64,000 bases of DNA from Bacteroidales bacterium (GCA_017524185.1 JAFWUG010000071.1:3445-67444); one strand, 5' to 3'; positions 5,889-16,639 are shown, counted from the first letter of the stretch. Program-made: numbers and translations. Notes: generated by a model not told the origin, from the sequence alone.

Positions 5889-7286
5889 ATGGATACCAAT
5901 AGCACTATAGCAGCCATAAGCACGCCCGCAGGCATGGGGGCTTTGGCCGTTATACGCCTAAGCGGGCCACAGGCCACGAGCATTGCCGATAAGGTGTTTA
6001 GGGCTAAATCGGGGCAGTCGTTGGAGCAACAGCCCCACAGCACCGTGCGCTATGGAGCCATTGTGGACGACCAGCGCGAGGTAGACGAGGTGATGGTGAG
6101 CGTGTTCCGCGCACCGCGCTCGTTCACGGGGCAGAATATGGTGGAGATTGCGTGCCATGGGTCGCCCGTGATACAGCGTCAGATTGTGCAACTGCTGATT
6201 CGGCATGGCGCAAAGCCCGCCGCGCCTGGCGAATTTACGCTACGCGCTTTCGTGCATGGGCGGCTCGACCTTGCCCAGGCCGAGGCCGTGGCCGACCTGA
6301 TTGCCTCGAGCAGCGAGGCCGCGCGACGCATGGCCATGCAGCAGCTGCGCGGCGGAGTGTCGTCGCTGCTGAGCCAGCTGCGCCAGAAACTGGTACACCT
6401 GATGGCCATGCTGGAGCTGGAGCTCGACTTCTCGGAGGAGGACGTGGAGTTTGCCAACCGCGACGAGCTGCGCCAGCTGCTGCTCGACGTGCGCACCGAA
6501 GCTGCGCGATTGGCTGGCACATTCGAAGCGGGCAACGCCCTCAAAGAGGGCATTGCGGTGGCCATAGCGGGCCGACCCAATGCGGGCAAGTCGACGCTGC
6601 TAAACCGCCTGCTGCGCGAGGAGCGCGCTTTAGTGTCGGACATCCCCGGCACCACGCGCGACAGCATCGAGGAGCAGATTAGCCTCGGCGGCATGGCTTT
6701 TAGGCTGATCGACACCGCTGGCCTTAGGCAGACAACCGACAGCGTTGAACGCATGGGCATTGCCCGTGCACAGGAGCGCATAGCCCGCGCAGCGGTGGTA
6801 CTCTACCTGGTGGATGCCGCCACCCCTCTGCCCGATATGCTTGACGAAGTGGAAACGTTTGCCAAGCAACTAGAATCGGGGCAGCGGCTGTTGGTGCTGA
6901 TGTCGAAAATAGACTGCGCCCCGCCAACAAGCGAAACGGCAGTCAAACAGTTGATGGACAGGAATATATGTCAGCAAGTGATACTATTATCGGCGCAAAG
7001 CGGCGAGGGGTGCGATGCGCTCGAGGATGCGCTGATTGCCATTGGTAGCTCGTTGCTACCCGAGGAGGGCAGCGTGGTGCTCACCAACGCCCGCCACGAA
7101 CATGCGCTGCGGGCTGCCATTGATGGCATAGATGGTGCGCTGAACGGCATTGAGCAGGGGCTAACCGCCGACCTGCTGGCGGTGGAGCTGCGCTACGCGC
7201 TGGAGCATATTGGCAGCATCACGGGCGAAATCACCACCGATGAGGTGCTGGGCGATATTTTCGCAAATTTCTGTATTGGAAAGTAG
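5889..7286 (+). CDS. mnmE: tRNA modification GTPase MnmE
   Basis: 465 aa from ATG 5889 (MDTNSTIAAISTPAGMGALAVIRLSG). The G-domain has GRPNAGKST and DTAG, and the C-terminal motif is CIGK. The upstream in-frame extension to 5568 is repeat-derived. Confidence 0.95.
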   Translation: MDTNSTIAAISTPAGMGALAVIRLSGPQATSIADKVFRAKSGQSLEQQPHSTVRYGAIVDDQREVDEVMVSVFRAPRSFTGQNMVEIACHGSPVIQRQIVQLLIRHGAKPAAPGEFTLRAFVHGRLDLAQAEAVADLIASSSEAARRMAMQQLRGGVSSLLSQLRQKLVHLMAMLELELDFSEEDVEFANRDELRQLLLDVRTEAARLAGTFEAGNALKEGIAVAIAGRPNAGKSTLLNRLLREERALVSDIPGTTRDSIEEQISLGGMAFRLIDTAGLRQTTDSVERMGIARAQERIARAAVVLYLVDAATPLPDMLDEVETFAKQLESGQRLLVLMSKIDCAPPTSETAVKQLMDRNICQQVILLSAQSGEGCDALEDALIAIGSSLLPEEGSVVLTNARHEHALRAAIDGIDGALNGIEQGLTADLLAVELRYALEHIGSITGEITTDEVLGDIFANFCIGK

Positions 7287-7382
7287 GGCTTCACCCTCCC
7301 CCCCATCAAAACAATGCAGTGGTTTTAACCAGCACAAAACCAAGATAAACATCTATATATCAAATATTTGCACACACAAAAA

Positions 7383-7415
7383 CAGCGCATTATGTTCTAT
7401 GAACAACATGCGCTG
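7383..7415 (+). terminator. Stem-loop after mnmE
   Basis: CAGCGCAT pairs with ATGCGCTG, with an inner TGTTC/GAACA pairing, followed by CTTTTGCTTT. Confidence 0.5.
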
Positions 7416-7463
7416 CTTTTGCTTTGTAAAATACAAACTACAATACGCCCCACATCGTTTTTA

Positions 7464-8294
7464 CTATCTCACAACCTTGGTGAACACAGGGCTTTCGCCC
7501 TCAAGTACGGTTACATATACCTGCATCTCACTTGGAGATGCGGGCGCGGCTTGTGCATCACGGGGCAAATTAACAGCAGTGAACAAATACTCCATTCCAC
7601 CTGGAATAGCACGCGAAGCAACTGTTTTAGCCTCAGCATGTATCATACGATAGCCATCTACTGCGGCATCAAATATAGCAGCATCGTCCTCGCTCACAGG
7701 TGTTTGTACCGAAAAATCGGGAAGTTTAACATAGTCACCATTGATGAAACCGCTGGCTTTCAAAAATTGGTCAACCTCGTGAGGCACAGCCGACAAGCGA
7801 GCAGCACGTACACCATAACCAGGCAAAATCTGCGCTTGGGGCTGCTGCTCGGCCATGTGCGCAACGCTCGACTCGAGTCCGCCGCTACCAAACGTGCAGA
7901 ACGGGACAATTCGCTTGCCACTCAAATCGGTGTTGGTCAAGAAAGTGATAACGGGAGGCGCGTACGTACCAAACCAAACGGGATAGCCGATGAATATCAA
8001 ATCGTAGTCGTCTAAGTTGGCCTGCAGAGGCTTTATCTCGGGGGTGATACCCTGCTCGCGCTCAGCGAGGCTACGGGCTATGGTTGCGTTGTAGGCGGTG
8101 TCGTAGGGGGTAAGGGCAATGATTGGCTCAATGTCGGCCTCAAGCCTCGTGGCTATTTCCTGCGCTACAACCTGTGTGTTGGACGTGAGCGAATAGTATA
8201 AAACTAACGCCTTGGGTGCTTTTTTGTTGGGAGTGCAGGCTACAGTAGCAAGCATTACAACAATGAGCGGAAACATCAATTTAGTAATCTTCAT
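7464..8294 (-). CDS. Flavodoxin-fold protein with a lipoprotein signal peptide and an extra C-terminal domain
   Basis: The N-terminus is MKITKLMFPLIVVMLATVAC (lipobox). The flavodoxin-like core has LVLYYSLTSNTQ and FIGYPVWFGTYAPP. The C-terminal ~100 aa are unassigned. Confidence 0.65.
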   Translation of the reverse strand: MKITKLMFPLIVVMLATVACTPNKKAPKALVLYYSLTSNTQVVAQEIATRLEADIEPIIALTPYDTAYNATIARSLAEREQGITPEIKPLQANLDDYDLIFIGYPVWFGTYAPPVITFLTNTDLSGKRIVPFCTFGSGGLESSVAHMAEQQPQAQILPGYGVRAARLSAVPHEVDQFLKASGFINGDYVKLPDFSVQTPVSEDDAAIFDAAVDGYRMIHAEAKTVASRAIPGGMEYLFTAVNLPRDAQAAPASPSEMQVYVTVLEGESPVFTKVVR

Positions 8295-8353
8295 AAACTG
8301 AATCTTTTAAGAGGAAACAAAACTATAAAACAGGACAAATACTCGTAAACTCA

Positions 8354-10162
8354 TCATTGATTGGCTATTACCGTTTCGTTTGATCGGAGATATTGAACCT
8401 CTATCTGCCCCACATTGCGCAGCACACCCCTATTGTCGAGCTTAAAGACGCAGTTCATCTGCAAACTGGGTATTTGGTGCTGTGATAGGAACTCGCGCAG
8501 ATTCTCTGCTCCGTAGGTTTTGAGCGCGGTGAGGAAATATAAACCCAAATCGTAGCCAAGAAACGACAGCTGCGACGGCTCGGCACGGAAGGTTTCGCGA
8601 TAGTCGCCCACAAACTTGCGCACATTGGGCTGATGATAGTCCACAAAGAAAGGCGAATAGATATGCAGATTAGTCTTATAGAGATACTCGGAAGGGATAT
8701 TCTTCATACGCATCCAGCGAGCAGGGCCATAAACAATGCTGCTGCCTCCCGTTAGGCTGCTAATTACGCCATAAACATTGCCAAGTATCTCGGCCACAAA
8801 CGGTTCGTCCTCAGAGGGAATAATCACAACATTATTCTTGAACAAATCGAAATGACGACGAATGGAGTCCTGCGCAACGCCCGATGGACGGTTCGTAACG
8901 TGACCATAGCGCTGCAATGCTACTCCCGTAGGCGCGAACTTTTGCTGTAGAACAGAGTCGCAGAAACGATGCGCGGTTGAGTAGGTGCTGGCAGCATCAT
9001 AGAGCACGATATAATTAACATCGGGCGAAATATCGAGGCGATTAACAAACGACTCAAACTGCTCGCGGAATGTTTGGTTTATAACGATAGTGCCTGGGGG
9101 CATGGCCGTTGGCCCATTGTATGATGGCGAGACAATGTTTAGCCCCGCATCGGTGGCATAGTGCGCCAAGGGCAGCAGTTCGTCGACAAAGAATGGCCCA
9201 ACAATTAGGTCGGCATTGCTAAGCGCACCGCCTCGGGCAATTGCGCCAACCTCAACGGGCTGTTTCTTGGTGTCGTGCACGGTGAGGTTAACCGACACAC
9301 CAAGGCGTTTCACGGAGTCGAGAGCGAGCAGGAAACCTTCGTAGAACTCCAGCGATGACTCGGTGAAAGCCGAACGACGCTTACCGCTGCTCCCCTCGTC
9401 GCTAAGCGCAGCCGATGAGGGTTGAGTGAAAGGCAACAGCATGGCGACGTTGAAAGCTCTGCCATCGTATTGAAAGGTGTTGGTTGGCTTTTTGATCAGG
9501 GCGTCGAGGCTAATGGTGCGCGGTTCGGGCTGCTGCAAGGTGGGTTTGGGTATGCGCAGCTGCATACCTGGACGCAAGCCATCGACCAATTGCTCGCGGT
9601 TGAGCAACTCGATGTCGCGAGGCGTAACGCTGTAGCGGCGCGATATGCCGTAAAGTCCCTCGCCGCGCTGCACCTCGTGAATTAGGTAGGTGAGCGTATC
9701 GGGGGCGGGCGGTGTGTCGTAGCGCGGCACCAGCACCACCTGGCTGCGCTTTAGCCCGTCTTTGAGAGCGGGATTGAGTTCCAACAACCGCTCCTGGCTC
9801 ACATTATATTGCTTTGCAATGGAATAGAGCGTTTCGCGGCGTTTTGCTATGTGATAGATATAGCGTTCGCCATCGTCGTGTTGCTCTTTAACAGGTATTT
9901 TAAGAGCTTGCCCCGCTTTTAGTTCGGCATAGATGTCGGGGTTGGCCGCCGCAATCTCCGATTGGCTCACTCCGTAGGCGCGACTGATGGAATAGAGCGT
10001 TTGTCCGGACTGCACTATGTGTACATAGTATGAATCACCGCCAATCTTCACCTTGTTAGTCGATACCTCAACGGGTACGGGAGGTGGAGCAGTAGTTTCG
10101 GTTTGTGCCGACAAGGCCAGCGGAGCTATAAAACCAAGTACTAGGGCTATATACTTTATCAT
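8354..10162 (-). CDS. LysM-repeat protein fused to a periplasmic-binding-protein (type 1)-like domain
   Basis: Three LysM-like repeats are present (YHIVQSGQTLYSISRAYGV, YHIAKRRETLYSIAKQYNV, HEVQRGEGLYGISRRYSV). I placed the start at ATG 10162 (MIKYIALVLGFIAPLALSAQ signal peptide). The longest ORF runs to 10237. Confidence 0.75.
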   Translation of the reverse strand: MIKYIALVLGFIAPLALSAQTETTAPPPVPVEVSTNKVKIGGDSYYVHIVQSGQTLYSISRAYGVSQSEIAAANPDIYAELKAGQALKIPVKEQHDDGERYIYHIAKRRETLYSIAKQYNVSQERLLELNPALKDGLKRSQVVLVPRYDTPPAPDTLTYLIHEVQRGEGLYGISRRYSVTPRDIELLNREQLVDGLRPGMQLRIPKPTLQQPEPRTISLDALIKKPTNTFQYDGRAFNVAMLLPFTQPSSAALSDEGSSGKRRSAFTESSLEFYEGFLLALDSVKRLGVSVNLTVHDTKKQPVEVGAIARGGALSNADLIVGPFFVDELLPLAHYATDAGLNIVSPSYNGPTAMPPGTIVINQTFREQFESFVNRLDISPDVNYIVLYDAASTYSTAHRFCDSVLQQKFAPTGVALQRYGHVTNRPSGVAQDSIRRHFDLFKNNVVIIPSEDEPFVAEILGNVYGVISSLTGGSSIVYGPARWMRMKNIPSEYLYKTNLHIYSPFFVDYHQPNVRKFVGDYRETFRAEPSQLSFLGYDLGLYFLTALKTYGAENLREFLSQHQIPSLQMNCVFKLDNRGVLRNVGQIEVQYLRSNETVIANQ

Positions 10163-10252
10163 GGTGCTGTGTTTCTGATGTTTACAGACGAAATAAATAT
10201 AAACTAAAACGGCGTAAAGGTAAATATAAAACATCAAAGGCGCAAATGGCCG

Positions 10253-11191
10253 CTAACTGGACGGGCGATTTGTGGCTATTTTTATGATATAGGTGCGCTG
10301 TTTCTTGTTGGTGAGTTTATTGTCGCGCAGCCAGGGATTTAGGGTTTTGAGCATCTTGTAGTTGATGCCCTGATGGCGAGCGAACTGCGCCAAATCGGAA
10401 ATGGTGCTATCTACCTGAACCTCTTTGTATTGGTAGCGGGGATAGATGTCGGACTGACGCATTTTGAATCCGTAGGCCTGCGGATCGGACAAGATGGCCT
10501 TGAAGGCCAATATGCGGAACACGTAGCGAGCCGTTTCAGAGTTAAGCAGCAGGTTGTAGTAGTTGGTTTCGCCCTGCTTGGCCACCTGTTTTGCGAGCGC
10601 GTTTGGGCCGTTGTTGTAGGCGGCGGCGGCCATGGTCCAGCTCCCCATGCGCTCGTAGAGGCGTTTGAGGTAGATACAAGCGGCCACGGTGGATTTCTCT
10701 ATGTGGTAGCGCTCATCGACCTCGTCGCCCACCTCTAAGCCCACCTCGCGCCCAGTACCCTCGAGAATTTGCCACAGTCCAACGGCCTTTGAGGGCGACA
10801 CGGCGGTAGGCATTAGGTTGCTCTCGGTGATGGCCAGGTATTTGAAATCGTCGGGCATCCCCTGCTCGGCCAAAATGGGCTCGATGATACTAAAAAAGCG
10901 GTCGGCTTTTTTAATTATCAGCATGGTTTGCGTATGCCAATAGGCGCAGGCAGTGAGCTCACGATCGAGACTTTCGCGCACATCGAAATGATGAAGCGGC
11001 ACCTGTTCGCCCGCAAAACACATGCTATCGGGACTTTGCACCGAAACAACGTGCGACATGGGAATTAGCGTATCGGCGGGCAGAAATCGAGGATCGACAC
11101 TGCCACGCTCGCCCCATGGCGCAAGGGCATAGGCCACAGCACCGCCCACAGCCACTGCTGCTATAAGCATCAAAAGCGTTGTCTTTTTCAT
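10253..11191 (-). CDS. Lytic transglycosylase (SLT domain, MltD-like)
   Basis: The SLT catalytic region is AITESNLMPTAVSPSKAVGLWQI and AAYNNGPN. I placed the start at ATG 11191 (MKKTTLLMLIAAVAV). Confidence 0.8.
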   Translation of the reverse strand: MKKTTLLMLIAAVAVGGAVAYALAPWGERGSVDPRFLPADTLIPMSHVVSVQSPDSMCFAGEQVPLHHFDVRESLDRELTACAYWHTQTMLIIKKADRFFSIIEPILAEQGMPDDFKYLAITESNLMPTAVSPSKAVGLWQILEGTGREVGLEVGDEVDERYHIEKSTVAACIYLKRLYERMGSWTMAAAAYNNGPNALAKQVAKQGETNYYNLLLNSETARYVFRILAFKAILSDPQAYGFKMRQSDIYPRYQYKEVQVDSTISDLAQFARHQGINYKMLKTLNPWLRDNKLTNKKQRTYIIKIATNRPSS

Positions 11192-11237
11192 CAAACCAAA
11201 CATATTATAGAATACAAGAATCAAACAAAAGAGGAGG

Positions 11238-12260
11238 CTAAGGCCGATAACGAGAGCCGTTTAGCAACGCAATATAGTCGGTTTGCTGCATCAGTTCGGC
11301 CAGCGTGGTTTGGGGATGGTGGTGCATGTAGCTTGCCACAATGCGATAGGCCAGCCAAACAGCAGCACGTCCGGGCGACTCCTGGGTGAAACCCGATGTG
11401 AACGGTGCCTCACCCATATATTTGTTGATTTCCAAATTGTTAGACGTAAACAGCAATTTTTGTTCCACAAGCGTGGTCCACATACGCTCCTCGTTGTTGC
11501 GGCAGAAGCGCATTTGGTCGTCGGTGAAGCCAAACAGCAGATTTTCAGGACATTGCGGTAGCAAATGCATTGCAGCATACATCACCGCACCCTCCCACAT
11601 CATGTGGGCAGCAAAATTATCGATGCTATCGGCAAAAGGAAACTCGCCCACCAGCCAAGCGCGAATGGCATCGGGCGCAATATGCTCGGGCGACATTTTG
11701 ACCTGCATATAGCGGGGTATGCCGAGCATGGAATAGTAGGCGCACGAAGCACCAAGATAGCGATCCAGACCGATATAGAGCGCAGCACTATCGACCCCCA
11801 TGGACACGTTGAATCCCGAAACCAGCGCAAACACGCGCGGAGTGGCTGCCGTGGGGAAATAAACCGCCGCACGTCGGAAAGCATCGGTGAGTTCACGCTC
11901 GAGACCGTCGATTTGGCCAAAAGTGCTGGCCACCTGACGATTAACATCAGCAATCATGGTGTCGGTAAGAAAACGGCCCAGCATCTCAGCAAAACCAGGA
12001 CTTTGCGGTGCACCTATACGAATTATGCGATAGGCAAACAGGTCGATAAAATCGCCATAAACGCTGCGCAATCCCTCGTATCCCTGCTGAAGGCTATCGG
12101 GGTTGAGGGCAAACAGCTGGTGGTCGAAACGCTCAACGCGCACATCGAGGTCGATGCTACTGATGTCGATGTCGGGACGCTCACCTGTGCGCCGGCAACT
12201 CGCGAACACCAAAATAATCGCGAAAAAAATTGATGCTATGATATATACGTATCTTTGCAT
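11238..12260 (-). CDS. Lipoprotein, tentatively GldB-like/DUF2268-like
   Basis: 340 aa with signal/lipobox IILVFASC. The N-terminal pattern VERFDHQLF resembles GldB-family proteins. The family call is from memory only. Confidence 0.45.
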   Translation of the reverse strand: MQRYVYIIASIFFAIILVFASCRRTGERPDIDISSIDLDVRVERFDHQLFALNPDSLQQGYEGLRSVYGDFIDLFAYRIIRIGAPQSPGFAEMLGRFLTDTMIADVNRQVASTFGQIDGLERELTDAFRRAAVYFPTAATPRVFALVSGFNVSMGVDSAALYIGLDRYLGASCAYYSMLGIPRYMQVKMSPEHIAPDAIRAWLVGEFPFADSIDNFAAHMMWEGAVMYAAMHLLPQCPENLLFGFTDDQMRFCRNNEERMWTTLVEQKLLFTSNNLEINKYMGEAPFTSGFTQESPGRAAVWLAYRIVASYMHHHPQTTLAELMQQTDYIALLNGSRYRP

Positions 12261-12679
12261 AGTTAGCTGTTATGGGAATAATTATACGCCCAAAATTAGT
12301 AAAAATGTTTCGCACAACAGAAACTACAAACTACAATCGACAAAAAGCAAAATTTGATTATTAGACACAAAAATATTTTTCCCTTATTTTTTTATCAGAA
12401 AAGGTGCTCACAAAGTCGAAATAAGCCAAATAATATACACAGATTACTGCATAAAACATTACATTAAATTTACATTTTTTGTATTCTGAAATCACCAAAT
12501 CAAGTAGGTCGAAATCTCAAACTGGCTCAACGCTGTTGTGCATCTATACATCTAAACTACAATAATTTACACAATCCTTACTAAACTCATTGGTGATTTG
12601 TTCAAAAAAACTCATTGCTACAGACCTGTTTTCTCCCACTATTTGCCTACCTTTGCGCTCGAACAACACCCACCGCGTC

Positions 12680-14248
12680 ATGGCCGAGAAGCGCAGCAAC
12701 TACAGCAAGAAAACATCGAACCGACCGCTAACCCCTGAGGAGCTGGGCGGACGCATTCCGCCTCAGGCTCTCGAATTGGAAGAAGCAGTGCTGGGTGCAA
12801 TCATGGTTGAGCAAGATGCCATTGTGGTGGTTAGCGAAATGCTTACCGCCGACGCGTTCTACCGCGAGGCCAACCGCTCCATCTACCGAGCCATTTTGGA
12901 GCTAATGCAGCGCCAAGAGCCCATCGACCTATACACGGTTACCGAGGAATTGCGGCGACGCGGCGAACTCGACGAGGTGGGCGGTGCAGCGCATTTGGCC
13001 GCGCTTACCCAACGTGTGGGGTCGGCAGCACACATCGAGTACCACGCCAAGATTGTGGTGCAAAAGCACGTGCAACGCGAACTAATCCATGCCGCATCGA
13101 ACATACAGCAACGCGCTTTCGATGAGCAGGAAGACGTGGAAGAACTCATCAACTACTCGGAACAGGAGATTTTCAAAATAGCCGAAGGCAGCCTCAAGAG
13201 CGATGCCCGCCCCATTAGCAACATCATCACCGAGGCGTTGCGCAACATCGACGAAGCCAGTCAGCGCGAAGAGGGTCTGAGCGGCGTTCCATCAGGGTTC
13301 ACAGCCCTCGATCGCCTCACGTCGGGCTGGCAAAAATCGGACCTAATTATTGTGGCAGCACGCCCCTCGATGGGCAAAACTGCCTTTGTGCTCTCAATGG
13401 CACGCAACATGGCCGTGGAGCACAATGTGCCCGTGGTGATGTTCTCGCTTGAGATGTCGAGCGTACAACTGGTGAACCGTCTGCTGGTAAGCGAATCGGA
13501 ACTGGGGTCGGAAAAAATACGCAGCGGCAAACTCACCCCCGACGAGCGTAAACAACTCAACGACAAGATTATAAACCTATCCAACGCCAAACTATTCATC
13601 GACGACACCCCTGCCCTATCGATATTTGAATTTAGGGCAAAATGCCGCCGTTTGGTCGATCAGCACGGCATAAAAATGGCCATTATCGACTACCTACAGC
13701 TCATGACAGGCCCATCGGGCAACGGCAACCGCGAGCAAGAAGTGAGCATGATTTCGCGCTCGCTCAAGGCTGTGGCCAAAGAGCTCAACATCCCAATAAT
13801 AGCCCTATCGCAGCTAAGCCGTGCAGTGGAAACCCGTGGCGGCAACAAGCGTCCGGTGCTATCGGACCTCCGCGAATCGGGAGCCATAGAGCAGGATGCC
13901 GACATTGTGCTATTCATCCACCGTCCCGAATACTACGGCATTGCCGCCACCGAGGATGGCACATCGACGGCCAATTTGGCCGAGATTATTGTTGCCAAGC
14001 ACCGTAACGGTGCGCTCGACACAGTGCCGCTCACCTTCCGCAAGGAACTGGCACGATTCAGCGACATGTACAGCTTCAGCTCCGATGCAGCGACATTCAG
14101 CGCAAGCTCAATCACCTCCGATGATGGCAGCGTAACGCACGTAACCACAACCACATACACATCTAAAATCAACAGCGATTTTGACCTGGGCGACCAAGAC
14201 GCAGGATCATTTAAGCTCGACAACCCCACCGATAACATTCCTTACTAA
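12680..14248 (+). CDS. dnaB: Replicative DNA helicase DnaB
   Basis: The N-terminal domain has PPQALELEEAVLGAIM. Walker A is ARPSMGKTAF, and IIDYLQLM and SQLSRAVE are present. It starts at ATG 12680 and has a Ser/Thr/Asp-rich C-terminal tail. Confidence 0.95.
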   Translation: MAEKRSNYSKKTSNRPLTPEELGGRIPPQALELEEAVLGAIMVEQDAIVVVSEMLTADAFYREANRSIYRAILELMQRQEPIDLYTVTEELRRRGELDEVGGAAHLAALTQRVGSAAHIEYHAKIVVQKHVQRELIHAASNIQQRAFDEQEDVEELINYSEQEIFKIAEGSLKSDARPISNIITEALRNIDEASQREEGLSGVPSGFTALDRLTSGWQKSDLIIVAARPSMGKTAFVLSMARNMAVEHNVPVVMFSLEMSSVQLVNRLLVSESELGSEKIRSGKLTPDERKQLNDKIINLSNAKLFIDDTPALSIFEFRAKCRRLVDQHGIKMAIIDYLQLMTGPSGNGNREQEVSMISRSLKAVAKELNIPIIALSQLSRAVETRGGNKRPVLSDLRESGAIEQDADIVLFIHRPEYYGIAATEDGTSTANLAEIIVAKHRNGALDTVPLTFRKELARFSDMYSFSSDAATFSASSITSDDGSVTHVTTTTYTSKINSDFDLGDQDAGSFKLDNPTDNIPY

Positions 14249-14362
14249 ACAAAATTGAACGTCAAACGTATTAGCCCACGTCTATACATAATCAACACCA
14301 CACATTCACCTTATTTCCCTAAAAAACAACCCAAACCAATCAAACATCCAAGCAGCAAGGCA

Positions 14363-15649
14363 ATGAGCAAGATGGATTATGCCCAAATCACAGCACTCAT
14401 ACAGCGCGAAGTAATACCAGCCATGGGCTGCACAGAACCCGCCGCCGTTGCGCTGTGCGTGGCCAAAGCCACCGAAACGCTAGGCGAACTGCCCCAACGC
14501 GTGGAGGTGATGCTAAGCGCAAACGTGCTTAAAAACGCGCTGGGCGTAGGCATTCCAGGGACCTGCATGATTGGACTCCCCATAGCCATTGCGCTGGGCG
14601 CACTAATAGGCAAATCGGAGCGACAGCTCGAGGTGCTATGCGATTGCACCCCCGAATCCACAGCACGCGGGCAACAATTCATCAACGAGGGGCGCATCGA
14701 CATACAGCAAAAAAACACCGACCACAAACTCTACATAGAAGCCACGTGCGTAGGTCAAAACGGACATCGCGCCACAGCCATCATTGCAGGCGAGCACACA
14801 AACTTCGTACACATTGAGCGCGACGGACAAACGCTGCTACACCAAGAATACACGTGCAGCAACACCCACAACGACTCGGCACCCTCGCTCACCCTACAGG
14901 CAGTTTATGACTACGCCACCACCGTACCACTCGACGACATCCGATTCATACTCGCCACCAAGCAGCTGAACAAAGCAGCCGCCGAACACTCGTTCAGCAA
15001 CAGCTGCGGACACAACCTTGGCTATCTGCTCAACCACGGCGCAGGCGACCTCATGCTGGGGCAAACCACATTCAACCGCATGGTGGCCTACACCGCAGGA
15101 GCATGCGATGCGCGTATGGCAGGCGCACAAATACCTGTGATGAGCAACTCGGGCAGCGGCAACCAGGGCATCACCGCCACGCTACCCGTGGTTATATACG
15201 CCGAGGACAACCACAACAGCGAAGAGGAACTCATACGCGCACTGGCGCTGAGCCACCTCACCGTAATCTACATAAAGCAAAACCTTGGGCGACTTTCAGC
15301 CCTCTGCGGATGCGTTGTGGCCAGCACTGGCTCCAGCTGCGGCATCACCTACCTGATGGGCGGAAAATATGCCCAAATAGCCTCTGCCGTGCAGAACATG
15401 ATTGCCAACATCACCGGCATGATATGCGATGGCGCAAAGCCCAGCTGCGCTCTAAAAGTAGCCACAGGCACATCCACCGCCGTGCTGTCGGCCATACTGG
15501 CCATGAACGGCAAGCACGTTTGCGGTTTAGAAGGCATTATCGATAACGATGTGGACAAAAGCATACGCAACATGAGCCGCATAGGTTCTGAGAGCATGCT
15601 CGAAACCGACAGACTGATTCTGCAAATAATGACCAACAAGCAGGAATAA
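14363..15649 (+). CDS. UPF0597 / L-cysteine desulfidase-like (serine dehydratase alpha-like) family protein
   Basis: The N-terminal motif is VIPAMGCTEPAAVALCVA. Length is about 428 aa from ATG 14363. Confidence 0.7.
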   Translation: MSKMDYAQITALIQREVIPAMGCTEPAAVALCVAKATETLGELPQRVEVMLSANVLKNALGVGIPGTCMIGLPIAIALGALIGKSERQLEVLCDCTPESTARGQQFINEGRIDIQQKNTDHKLYIEATCVGQNGHRATAIIAGEHTNFVHIERDGQTLLHQEYTCSNTHNDSAPSLTLQAVYDYATTVPLDDIRFILATKQLNKAAAEHSFSNSCGHNLGYLLNHGAGDLMLGQTTFNRMVAYTAGACDARMAGAQIPVMSNSGSGNQGITATLPVVIYAEDNHNSEEELIRALALSHLTVIYIKQNLGRLSALCGCVVASTGSSCGITYLMGGKYAQIASAVQNMIANITGMICDGAKPSCALKVATGTSTAVLSAILAMNGKHVCGLEGIIDNDVDKSIRNMSRIGSESMLETDRLILQIMTNKQE

Positions 15650-15666
15650 CTACCAAATCTACAAAT

Positions 15667-16305
15667 ATGAGCAGACACACTATGGACACAACTACCAAGG
15701 CGAAAGAAAGAAACAACTCACGAAAAAAATTGATGGCCGCCGCCCGCGAATTATTCATGAAGTACGGAGTGGATCGGGTGAGCGTACGCGACATCGCCAC
15801 GCATTCAGGAGTAAACCTTTCGTTGATGAACTACTATTTCCAATCGAAAGAAAACCTCCTGAACCAAATATTCGGCGACGCCATCAAAAACATCGCCGCT
15901 CAGCAACGAGCAATCCTCGACTCCGACCAAACGCTCGAAAAAAAAATACAGGAATACATAAACAGCTACATCGACGCGCTGATAAAAGAGCCGCTATTGG
16001 TTTCGTTCGTACTGTCGATATTGCACCGCTTTGCCGACAAAGCCTCCGACCTGGACTCGGTGGGGCTGCTCTACAGCACCGACAAATTCGCGCAGCAGAT
16101 TCGACAGGAAGCAGAAATGGGCATGATACGGCCATTCGACCCCGAGCATCTCTACATCAACATGCTATCGCTAATCCTTTTCCCATTCTCAATCAAGGAT
16201 TTGATACAGCATCGCACCCAGACCACCGAGGCCGATATGCGCCTATTCCTTGAAGAACGCCGTGCAGTGGTTTACAACACAGTGATGGCCTCAATTAAGC
16301 TATAA
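15667..16305 (+). CDS. TetR/AcrR family transcriptional regulator
   Basis: N-terminal HTH AARELFMKYGVDRVSVRDIATHSGVNLSLMNYYF. Confidence 0.9.
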   Translation: MSRHTMDTTTKAKERNNSRKKLMAAARELFMKYGVDRVSVRDIATHSGVNLSLMNYYFQSKENLLNQIFGDAIKNIAAQQRAILDSDQTLEKKIQEYINSYIDALIKEPLLVSFVLSILHRFADKASDLDSVGLLYSTDKFAQQIRQEAEMGMIRPFDPEHLYINMLSLILFPFSIKDLIQHRTQTTEADMRLFLEERRAVVYNTVMASIKL

Positions 16306-16328
16306 AACACACCGCACATATTGCTACC

Positions 16329-16371
16329 ACGGAAGTTTTGCCAGCCGGCAAGACTTCCGTTTTTTTTTTTT
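16329..16371 (+). terminator. Rho-independent terminator after the TetR gene
   Basis: ACGGAAGT-TTTGCC-AGCC-GGCAAG-ACTTCCGT followed by T11. Confidence 0.8.
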
Positions 16372-16639
16372 CCAAGCCAAACTATATGCTTGGGGAACGC
16401 CAGCGATAGAAAGGCTCACATTGGACATCGAAATGCACAAGCGAACTACTATCTACAACAGCGAACGATCATCTTAGATATACCGCACATTAAACTATTA
16501 CATCACTGACGAGATGCGCGAGCAAATTGTTGCTATTCGCCAGTAAAAAAAAATGTACACAGATAGGCTCACAAGCCAATATTTAGCCACCTCTACTTTT
16601 CCCAAACACAATGGATCAAAGCAGAAAAGGATAAAAATA

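Noticed and set aside
6152-6781. Long alternative-frame and antisense ORFs inside GC-rich genes (for example 6152-6682, 6179-6781, 34155-34814, 38620-39093, 11565-12233)
   Set aside because: They overlap genes with clear family motifs on the other frame or strand. They have Arg/Ala/Pro-rich low-complexity translations typical of off-frame reading of GC-rich DNA.
12261-12679. Possible oriC in the 419-bp AT-rich region upstream of dnaB
   Set aside because: Only one weak DnaA-box-like 9-mer (ATATACACA) was seen, there is no cluster of TTATCCACA boxes, and dnaA/dnaN are not adjacent. It is more simply a divergent promoter region.
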